Below, one piece after another: positions 8,809 through 15,829 of a DNA stretch of 15,829 bases (position 1 is the stretch's first letter; each line of letters begins with the position of its first letter). The stretch spans positions 1-15,829 of the forward strand of contig JBHLNT010000094.1 in the NCBI GenBank assembly GCA_048941265.1, given 5' to 3'. The stretch is from Promethearchaeota archaeon (lineage in GTDB: Archaea; Asgardarchaeota; Lokiarchaeia; Sigyniarchaeales; SOKP01). The notes under the pieces are model-generated. The model was given only the letters and a program-made list of their open reading frames with translations, did no database searches and was not told where the DNA came from. A program made the translations under genes and the position numbers.

Positions 8809-8842
8809 TTTAAGATAGCATCAATAATTACCATAAACTTTC

Positions 8843-10009
8843 ATGAAAATCTTACAAATATCGCCATCTCCCCCGGATTATCTTGGTGGTTTAGCACATT
8901 ACACTAAATTTTTATCAAAATATCTGGGAGAAAATAATCTCCAAGTTGATTTACTATGCTCTTCTCTAACAAAGAAAGGTACTAAATATGAAAAGTTCTC
9001 AAAAAATTTCCGAGTGATTAAAAAAAAATGCTATGCTTTTGCAGATAATGATAATGCGTTAAGGATTAAGAATCCTATTTTTAATGTATTAACCTATTTA
9101 TTAAGATATGGGAAAAAATATGATATAATTCATGTTCATTCATATATCTATTTTTCTACCATCCAAACTTTTTTTTATAAATTATTTTTTGGGAGGAAAA
9201 TTCCTTTAATTTTGCATTTACATGGAATACTAGAAGGACACGTAGCCCAAACAACTAACAAAATTGAAAAAGTTTTATTTTTGTTTAAAAAATATTTTTA
9301 TGACCTCACGATAGGTAAATTAATGTTTAAAAAAGCAGATGCGGTATTTAGCGTTAGTAAAGAAGATTTAATAATTTCACATAACGTGTTCAAAGTAAAT
9401 TTAAAAGGAAGGGTTAAAGCATTTTACATTCCAAATGCGATAGATCCTGAGAAGTTTAAAAAACTTAGCAATATAAAAAGGAGATTTATTGGATATATAA
9501 ATAGGCTTTCAACTTATAGTGGAATTGATCTTTTTTTAGAACTAATTAAAAGATATAATAAAATTGATGAGAAACAAGAATTTTTAATAATTGGTAAGGG
9601 ACCATATCTTCCAGAAGTTAAAAAAGCTTTGGGAAATTATCCCATTGTTTTTCATGAAATGGTACCACATGATGAAATGGTTAATTTTTATAATATGTGC
9701 TCTGTTATTGTTGTAATTACAAGATCAGAAGGTCTTTCAACAGTTTTGTTAGAGGCTCTTTCATGTGAAGTACCTGGTATTGCTTCGGATGTGGGGGGGA
9801 ATCCGGAATTGATTAAGGATGGTATAACTGGATATCTTTTTGAAAAAGCGAATGTAGATCAGGCAATTAAAAAGCTAATAGATGTAAAAAAAAATAATGA
9901 ATATGAAAAACTTGGCAGAAACGGGAGAAAATTAGTAGAAGATCATTATTCTTGGAAAAAAATAGTAAAACAGACTATCTCAGTATATAATAAGTTAAAA
10001 AAGCCTTAA
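8843..10009 (+). CDS. GT4 family glycosyltransferase
   Basis: MKILQISPSPPDYLGGL, YDIIHVHS, LHLHG, SVSK, IPNAID, SEGLSTVLLEA, ASDVGGNPELIKDGITGYL, YSWKKI. Confidence 0.93.
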   Translation: MKILQISPSPPDYLGGLAHYTKFLSKYLGENNLQVDLLCSSLTKKGTKYEKFSKNFRVIKKKCYAFADNDNALRIKNPIFNVLTYLLRYGKKYDIIHVHSYIYFSTIQTFFYKLFFGRKIPLILHLHGILEGHVAQTTNKIEKVLFLFKKYFYDLTIGKLMFKKADAVFSVSKEDLIISHNVFKVNLKGRVKAFYIPNAIDPEKFKKLSNIKRRFIGYINRLSTYSGIDLFLELIKRYNKIDEKQEFLIIGKGPYLPEVKKALGNYPIVFHEMVPHDEMVNFYNMCSVIVVITRSEGLSTVLLEALSCEVPGIASDVGGNPELIKDGITGYLFEKANVDQAIKKLIDVKKNNEYEKLGRNGRKLVEDHYSWKKIVKQTISVYNKLKKP

Positions 10010-10036
10010 TTTGAATCATTTTTATTTTAGTTAATC

Positions 10037-10762
10037 TTATTGAGTAAATCTTTTGATAAGATCCTTTTTAGTGGCATTTTCTTTCATGATAAAACCCATT
10101 GCTTTTTTAGAACCTACATTAAAAAGCAAATCAATGATAGATAATTTAGAAATAAATTTTTCATATAATTGGGGGTAAGTGGGATGCTTATAATCCTGAA
10201 AATAAATTTTTCTATTATTTTCCTTAAAATAATCTAAATCGGCATAGCGTTTACCATCTTTTCCAAACACAAATAGGTCTGAATCAAAATAGTTGCACAT
10301 TTCGAGTATTAATTCTTGTTTTGTCTTCTTAAAAGTAAATTCACTCTGAAGATAAATTTTAATATCGATTTCTAGTTCTTTGACAAAAAATTTTATATTT
10401 TCATAGAGTAAGTCAATAAGATTAATCCATTTTTTCTGATATAAACTTTCAAAATAATCTCGATATTTTTCAAAAAAAGGAGCTCTTCTATAATTTAATT
10501 CGATTGTTTTCCAGTGTTTTTTACGCCAATTAGTATTATTATTGATTTTCATTTCAGCTATTGTTTTATCCAAATGACCGGACGTTAAGACAGGTACAGT
10601 TAACCAAGTTTCACCGTGAGCAGTTTTAATTAGGTTTCTATTAGTAAAATAATTTTTTTGATATTGTACAGCGTCAAGTATTATAAATTTATCTGATATT
10701 GCCATTTTATGGAAAAAACCTAGCCAAGGTAAGTAAGCTGGTTGATGTGCGGTTAATATCAC
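10037..10762 (-). CDS. wbqC: WbqC family protein (putative glycine/aminoacyl transferase onto an amino sugar)
   Basis: HQPAYLPWLGFFHK, FIILDAVQY, NRNLIKT, WLTVPV, WRKKHWKTIELNYRRAPFF, HPTYPQ, LSIIDLLFN are characteristic WbqC motifs. The GTG start lies 1 nt after the upstream stop, with AGGGG inside the end of the DegT gene. Confidence 0.9.
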   Translation of the reverse strand: MILTAHQPAYLPWLGFFHKMAISDKFIILDAVQYQKNYFTNRNLIKTAHGETWLTVPVLTSGHLDKTIAEMKINNNTNWRKKHWKTIELNYRRAPFFEKYRDYFESLYQKKWINLIDLLYENIKFFVKELEIDIKIYLQSEFTFKKTKQELILEMCNYFDSDLFVFGKDGKRYADLDYFKENNRKIYFQDYKHPTYPQLYEKFISKLSIIDLLFNVGSKKAMGFIMKENATKKDLIKRFTQ

Positions 10763-10763
10763 T

Positions 10764-11831
10764 TTAAAATCCCCTTAAAAACACTAATAAATTTTGAAAA
10801 TCATTATATTCTAATAAATCTGGAAAAATTGGTAATGAAAGAGTTGTGTCTGTTATTTTCTTGCTAATTTTAAATTCATTTGTATTTATTTTTAAGTAAA
10901 CGCTTAAAAGCTGCCATTTTTCGATAGGAATCACACAATTAACTCCTGCTTTATTAAGTTTATTTCTAAGTTTAATGATAAAATTTGGTTCTCCCTTAAT
11001 AACAAATCGAAACCAATTTTGAGTGAAATTGGAATTATTTACTTTCTGATAATCCCAACTTTTTTCTTCACATATTTCCAAATAATTTTTAGCAATTAAT
11101 TTTCTCTTTTCTAAAAAATTATCAAACTTGTTTAATTGAACAATCCCCATTGCTGCTTGTAAATCAGTCATTTGAAAGTTAAAACGTGGATAGTAAATTT
11201 TTTGCATATCATATTTGCAATAATCTCTCGCTTTTTCAATATATTCAGAATTTTTTGAAACTATCATACCTCCTTGGCCAGTTGTAATTAACTTCGTTGC
11301 ATAAAAGGATAAAATTGCGATATCTCCAAATGAGCATACATGGATATTATTTATTTTAGAGCCTAATGCTTGAGCAGAATCTTCAATAATTGGTATTCCA
11401 AGCTCTCTTATGCGTATTACATCTGCAGGGACTCCAAAAGTATGAGGAATAATAATTGCCTTGGTATGATTACTGATTTTTTCTTTAACTTTTTGATAAG
11501 AAATGTTAAAATCAATTTGATCTACATCAACCACTACTGGTTTAACATTATTCATAAAGATTGCATTAAGCACAGCAGAGCATACATAATTAGGTACTAT
11601 TATTTCATCCGAAGGGGAGTTTACACCCAGAATTTTTAAAGCCAAATATAATGCTGAAGTACCATTTGATAAAGCTACAGAAAGATCGTTTTTTAATCCA
11701 AGATAATGACAAATTTTATTTTCAAAAAGTTTTACTTTTTCACCTTGAACAATCCATCCACTTTCCAATACATCTTGTACTGCTTTTACTTCATGATAAT
11801 CAATCGAAGGTTTATTATGAGGAATTTTCAT
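10764..11831 (-). CDS. DegT/DnrJ/EryC1/StrS family PLP-dependent aminotransferase
   Basis: LESGWIVQGEKVKLFE, SNGTSALYLAL, TKAIIIPHTFG, IEDSAQALG, SFYATKLITTGQGG (PLP lysine present), NFQMTDLQAAMG, LSLPIFP. Confidence 0.94.
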   Translation of the reverse strand: MKIPHNKPSIDYHEVKAVQDVLESGWIVQGEKVKLFENKICHYLGLKNDLSVALSNGTSALYLALKILGVNSPSDEIIVPNYVCSAVLNAIFMNNVKPVVVDVDQIDFNISYQKVKEKISNHTKAIIIPHTFGVPADVIRIRELGIPIIEDSAQALGSKINNIHVCSFGDIAILSFYATKLITTGQGGMIVSKNSEYIEKARDYCKYDMQKIYYPRFNFQMTDLQAAMGIVQLNKFDNFLEKRKLIAKNYLEICEEKSWDYQKVNNSNFTQNWFRFVIKGEPNFIIKLRNKLNKAGVNCVIPIEKWQLLSVYLKINTNEFKISKKITDTTLSLPIFPDLLEYNDFQNLLVFLRGF

Positions 11832-11992
11832 TTTTTCTTTCTGTTATTCATTTCATCTTTAATTATTAATATTTATCCTAAATAATCAAGTTTTTCAATG
11901 ATTAGTAAAAAAATTTCTCTCCTTCCTTTTTTAATTAGATGACTAAAAAACAAAACAGATAATATCAAATTTATTATATTAAGTTATTCATT

Positions 11993-12006
11993 AAAACTAT
12001 ATATAT
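11993..12006 (+). promoter_or_regulatory. possible TATA element in the divergent DegT/PIG-L spacer
   Basis: AAAAC-TATATATAT ending about 40 nt upstream of ATG 12046. The 214-bp spacer between divergent genes must hold promoters, but the exact site is uncertain. Confidence 0.3.
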
Positions 12007-12045
12007 TATTAATTAAACAAATTAAAAGATTAGAATAAGAATAAT

Positions 12046-12693
12046 ATGTCTTTATTATTTATTGGCGCACATCCAGATGATATAGAATTAGGTTGTGCTG
12101 GTACAATTTGTTATTTTACTGAGAAAAATTATGATGTTTATTGTTATCATTTAACTAATGGTGAATATACTGATGTTAATGGAAATGTAGTAAGGAATTT
12201 CGATGAAATTTGTGAAACAACAAGAAAAAGCTTCGGAATTTTAGGGGTTAAAGAAGAAAACATATATTATACAAACATTCCAGCAACTGAACTTCAAGTT
12301 GATAAAAAAACCATATCAGACTTACAAAAATTTATCATTAATCATAATATAAAAACGATATTTACACATCCTAATCCAGACACATATCATCAAGATCACA
12401 GAGCAGCTCATAATATTTCGATGGCTAGTGCACGGAGATTTGTTAAAAATATATTTTTATTTGAAATTATGTTTAATTTTGCTTCTGGATTGATGATCCC
12501 CAACTATTATATTGATATATCAAATTTTATAGAGAAGAAGAAAGAGGCATTAAGGATTCATCAACCAGAATATGAAAAATATGGTAAAGAAAAATGGATA
12601 GAATCTAATGTAAGTTTGGCTAAATTTAGGGGTATGCAAGTGGAAACTGAATATGCTGAAGCTTTCTATGTTATGAGATATGTATTAGAATAA
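12046..12693 (+). CDS. PIG-L/LmbE family de-N-acetylase
   Basis: GAHPDDIE and HQDH metal-binding motifs, TNGE, IFTH, PNYYIDIS, RG...YAEAF C-terminus. Confidence 0.94.
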   Translation: MSLLFIGAHPDDIELGCAGTICYFTEKNYDVYCYHLTNGEYTDVNGNVVRNFDEICETTRKSFGILGVKEENIYYTNIPATELQVDKKTISDLQKFIINHNIKTIFTHPNPDTYHQDHRAAHNISMASARRFVKNIFLFEIMFNFASGLMIPNYYIDISNFIEKKKEALRIHQPEYEKYGKEKWIESNVSLAKFRGMQVETEYAEAFYVMRYVLE

Positions 12694-12727
12694 ATTAAAA
12701 TTGAAATTATAATCGAATAAATACCTT

Positions 12728-13489
12728 ATGCCCTCAAAGAAAAAAACTAAAAAAATTTTCAGATACATTTCAGATAATTATTTTTCAGATAATGAGGGCA
12801 AATCTTCTTTTGAATTTTATAATTCAAGATTTTTTCTTATTAGATATTATGCTTATATGCCTTTTATTTATGTTTTAAAAAAAATAAATTTTGATGAAAA
12901 TTATCGCATTTTAGATGTTGGATGTGCAGATGGTCCCTTTTTACCAACTCTTAATTATTATGCAAAAAATATTGTTGCAACTGATATAAATAAAGAATTA
13001 ATTGATCGATCGAACTATATTGTGAAAAATCTACTATTTAAATCGAAGAAGATTAATTTATTGACTTCAGATGGTCAAGCCTTACCCTTCAGAAATGAAA
13101 GTTTTAATTTAATTTTTTGTTTGGAAGTTTTAGAGCATGTAAAAGATCCACGTATTGTTATTGAAGAAATTTGTAGAATTCTTAAAAGGAAAGGCACTTT
13201 TATAAGCACGGTCCCTGTGGAAATTGGGCCCTCTTTATTAATGAGAGAATTTATTGGGCGAATTACAAATTTTCATAGACCACCTTATACTAAAAAAGAA
13301 TTAATACAAAGTGCTTTATTAAAAAACCCAGGGCCTAGAACATTAGAAAATCCTCATAAAAATTTTGATTGGAGAATAATTAATAAAGAAGTTAGACACT
13401 TTTTTAAAAAAATAGAATTAGAGTTTATCCCTATAAATATCTTAAGAGATTTTAACCCACTTGTTTTAATTAAAGCTATTAAAAGATAA
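12728..13489 (+). CDS. class I SAM-dependent methyltransferase (Methyltransf_11-like)
   Basis: ILDVGCADG (motif I), ATDIN, DGQALPFRNESFNLIFCLEVLEHV, EICRILKRKG. Confidence 0.92.
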   Translation: MPSKKKTKKIFRYISDNYFSDNEGKSSFEFYNSRFFLIRYYAYMPFIYVLKKINFDENYRILDVGCADGPFLPTLNYYAKNIVATDINKELIDRSNYIVKNLLFKSKKINLLTSDGQALPFRNESFNLIFCLEVLEHVKDPRIVIEEICRILKRKGTFISTVPVEIGPSLLMREFIGRITNFHRPPYTKKELIQSALLKNPGPRTLENPHKNFDWRIINKEVRHFFKKIELEFIPINILRDFNPLVLIKAIKR

Positions 13490-13557
13490 ACTAATAATAA
13501 ATTTTTTAATTATCTATATTTAGTTAAGATTTGAATAAATAATTTGATATAATAAAA

Positions 13558-14721
13558 ATGCGAGTTCTTTTTACTTTTACTTATAATGTATCTCTATCGC
13601 TTTGGGATAAAACGGGGATAATAGATCGAGAAATTACTTTATATAAGGAGCTTATTAAGAAGAATATTGATATTACTTTTTTAACTTATGGTAATCATAA
13701 AGATTATGAATATTCCGGTTTATTAGAAGATATAAAAATTTTTCCCGTGTTAAACTTAATAAAGTCAAAGTTCCCCTTTTTTAAGCCTATTAAATCTATA
13801 TTATTACCATTCAAATTAAAAAAATTCTTAATGGAAATTGATATAATTAAAACTGGTCAAATTTATGGAAGTTGGATTGCTTGTATTGCTAAAATTTTAT
13901 ATAATAAAAAAATAATAATAAGATCTGGGTTTGAGTGGTTAAGGGCACACAAAAATGTATTTAAAAGGGACACTCCTAAAGCTTATATCAAATATTTGTT
14001 AAAATACATGTTTGTTTTCGTCAATGAATTACTTGCTTATAAATTAGCAGATGGAATAATAGTTACGAGTGATTATGATATTCCATTTATAATGAAATAT
14101 TACGGATTGAATAAAAAATACAAAAGTAACAGAATCCGACTTATTTATAATTATATTGATGAATCTATTTTTAAACCACTTCCAATGACAAAGAAAGATA
14201 AGCATGTTATATATATTGGTAATTTACGTCGTGGTAAAAATGTTATAAATTTAGTAAAAGCGTTCATAGGGTTGAAGGATTTTCATTTGGATATTATAGG
14301 TGAAGGAGTAGATAGAGAAGAAATGGAAAGTGTCGCCAAAAAAAATAGTGTTAATATTAATTTTCTCGGAATATTTCCTAATAATGAGTTACCTAAAATT
14401 TTGAATCAATATCAAATATTTATATTACCCTCAATCGATGAGGGAAATCCCAAAGTATTATTAGAAGCAATGAGCTGTGGTCTTGCATGTATCGGAACTA
14501 ATATTGAAGGGATTAATAATATAATTAAACATAAAAAAAATGGATATTTATGTGAGACAAATCCAGAATCTATGCGAGAAGCAATTGTTAAAGTATATAA
14601 GGATAAAAATCTAAGGATAAGTATGGCAAATCAGGCAAGAGAATTTATTTTAAATAATTGTTCTTTAGAAAAAATTACCGAGAGGGAATTCCTATTTTAT
14701 CAACAAATTCTTAATAAATGA
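13558..14721 (+). CDS. GT4 family glycosyltransferase
   Basis: LADGIIVTS, IYNYID, YIGNLRRGKN, IFILPSIDEGNPKVLLEAMSCG, IGTNIEG, HKKNGYL. Confidence 0.93.
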   Translation: MRVLFTFTYNVSLSLWDKTGIIDREITLYKELIKKNIDITFLTYGNHKDYEYSGLLEDIKIFPVLNLIKSKFPFFKPIKSILLPFKLKKFLMEIDIIKTGQIYGSWIACIAKILYNKKIIIRSGFEWLRAHKNVFKRDTPKAYIKYLLKYMFVFVNELLAYKLADGIIVTSDYDIPFIMKYYGLNKKYKSNRIRLIYNYIDESIFKPLPMTKKDKHVIYIGNLRRGKNVINLVKAFIGLKDFHLDIIGEGVDREEMESVAKKNSVNINFLGIFPNNELPKILNQYQIFILPSIDEGNPKVLLEAMSCGLACIGTNIEGINNIIKHKKNGYLCETNPESMREAIVKVYKDKNLRISMANQAREFILNNCSLEKITEREFLFYQQILNK

Positions 14722-14842
14722 TTAGATTCATTTAAATCAATAAAAGACAATATAAAAGATATTTGAAGTATATATATAAATCTACCTTTAAACGCTGATT
14801 CTAAACTTTTTCTAAGAATTTAAATAATGAAATATATGTAAT

Positions 14843-14875
14843 AACAGATTTTATTAAATTTTAATAATTTCTGTT
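14843..14875. repeat. 33-bp imperfect palindrome in an intergenic spacer
   Basis: AACAGA-TT-TTATTAAA-T-TTTAATAA-TT-TCTGTT; 14 of 16 arm positions are complementary (checked by hand). Confidence 0.7.
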
Positions 14876-14963
14876 CTTTATCTATAAATACGCAACATTT
14901 TGGGAGAATTAAATTTTGCTATTACCGAAAAAAATAAAATATATCCTCTTTTTACTTATATTG

Positions 14964-14985
14964 ACCTCAATCAATGAGGTTTTTT
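14964..14985 (+). promoter_or_regulatory. short inverted repeat followed by a T-tract (operator or terminator candidate)
   Basis: ACCTCA-ATCAA-TGAGGT then TTTTT, running into TTTATAGA; about 45 nt upstream of the last CDS. Confidence 0.3.
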
Positions 14986-15028
14986 ATAGATGATTCATTT
15001 ATAATTTCTAACATATAGCTTTTTCGCG

Positions 15029-15829
15029 GTGATTTTTATTCACATTTGTATAATCTTATTTGCAACGCATTCGAATGAAAGTTTGAATCAGAAGGTCGGA
15101 GGGATTGCAAATCAAGTTTTACAACTACTTCCTGCTTATGAAAAGATTAATGGTTTAAAAGTTTCTGTCTTTTCTAAGTATTCAAAATATAAACCAAATA
15201 CCAACAGAATTAAAATCTATAATATACAAAAATTTAGTAATATTCAAAAATTCGCTCTTAGAACAGTCAATACTTTATATTTTTATCTTAAATTTTTTAT
15301 AAAAGTTAAAAAGCTAGCTAAAGAAGATCCAATACACCTAATTCATCAGCAAAATTATGGTTTTTATTTAATGGGACCATTAGTTGTAGCAAAAATTTTA
15401 CATATTCCAATTTTAATCAAAACCCCTGCTGATATAAAAAGTCATATGATGCACGCATATTTATCAAGGCAACATGGAATAATAACAAAAATGTTGATCT
15501 ACGGTTGGTTTAATCTTTTTAAAAAAATCATTATTAAAAAAATTGATTTTATACAAGCTTTAAATGATAGAATCTATGACGATTTAATTTCTTTAAATTT
15601 TCCAAAAGGAAATATTTTAAAATTACCAAATGGAATTTGTCTTGATAATTTCCAAAATATTAAGAAAATAAATAAGGAATTTACTACTTTTGGGTATATT
15701 GGGAGGCTGGAAAAACATAAAAATGTCGATTTTTTATTGCATACATTTAAGGAATATTTAAAGATATATCCATCCGATAAATTATATATTTTCGGAAAAG
15801 GGACCGAGGCCAAAAATCTAACCACTATT
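15029..15829 (+). CDS. 3'-partial GT4 family glycosyltransferase (not in the supplied ORF track)
   Basis: Manual translation from GTG 15029 is open for 267 codons to the window end: (M)IFIHICIILFATHSNESLNQKVGGIANQV...IHLIHQQ...IDFIQALN...LPNGICLDNF...FGYIGRLEKHKNVDFLL...YIFGKGTE. An in-frame TAA at 15002-15004 bounds the start. Confidence 0.9.
   Translation, partial: MIFIHICIILFATHSNESLNQKVGGIANQVLQLLPAYEKINGLKVSVFSKYSKYKPNTNRIKIYNIQKFSNIQKFALRTVNTLYFYLKFFIKVKKLAKEDPIHLIHQQNYGFYLMGPLVVAKILHIPILIKTPADIKSHMMHAYLSRQHGIITKMLIYGWFNLFKKIIIKKIDFIQALNDRIYDDLISLNFPKGNILKLPNGICLDNFQNIKKINKEFTTFGYIGRLEKHKNVDFLLHTFKEYLKIYPSDKLYIFGKGTEAKNLTTI

Noticed and set aside
11370-11869. Two short plus-strand ORFs (89 aa and 72 aa)
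   Set aside because: Antisense to the DegT aminotransferase, with no motifs.
11916-11932. Minus-strand AAGGAAGGAG as a ribosome-binding site
   Set aside because: About 90 nt from the DegT start, with no suitably spaced start codon or ORF.
6546-13547. Shared 12-mer TAAATAATTTGA upstream of two GT4 genes (6546-6557 and 13536-13547)
   Set aside because: Almost all A/T and at different distances from the start codons; cannot be distinguished from chance by eye.
14719-14823. Possible TGA readthrough or recoding extending the GT4 at 13558 (the frame continues through two TGAs to a TAA)
   Set aside because: The GT4 domain is already complete, TGG encodes Trp, and none of the long genes needs an internal TGA. 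The standard code fits.
15574-15825. 83-aa minus-strand ORF
   Set aside because: Antisense shadow of the real 3'-partial GT4 on the plus strand.
1-15829. CRISPR array, tRNA/rRNA, transposase/integrase or defence system
   Set aside because: No regularly spaced direct repeats, no GC-rich structured segment, and all long ORFs fit glycan-biosynthesis families. The methyltransferase lacks DNA-MTase motifs such as DPPY/NPPY or PC.

Overview
A very AT-rich window (about a quarter G+C from hand-counting one line plus visual inspection) that is almost entirely one cell-surface glycan/glycolipid biosynthesis cluster of 14 CDSs, truncated at both ends. In order: a 5'-partial nucleotidyltransferase resembling inositol-1-phosphate cytidylyltransferase (IPCT); a TagF/TagB-family CDP-polyol phosphotransferase; GT4; an SDR epimerase of the UDP-glucuronate 4-epimerase type; a 665-aa polytopic membrane protein with GT-C-like features; GT4; a DPM1-like GT2; GT4; a WbqC-family protein; a DegT/DnrJ aminotransferase; a PIG-L-family deacetylase; a class I SAM methyltransferase; GT4; and a 3'-partial GT4 missed by the ORF track. 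Gene blocks alternate in orientation. TATA-like elements, a GGTGA ribosome-binding motif and the gene content suggest a low-GC archaeon, possibly Asgard/Lokiarchaeia (inference only). I saw no RNA genes, CRISPR array or mobile element. The best hypotheses are (i) an IPCT-like plus TagF-like pair making a teichoic-acid-like or inositol-phosphate-bearing glycan, and (ii) co-occurrence of the enzyme families used in GPI/PIM-type inositol glycolipid synthesis. Both rest on motif recognition and gene neighbourhood; neither is demonstrated.
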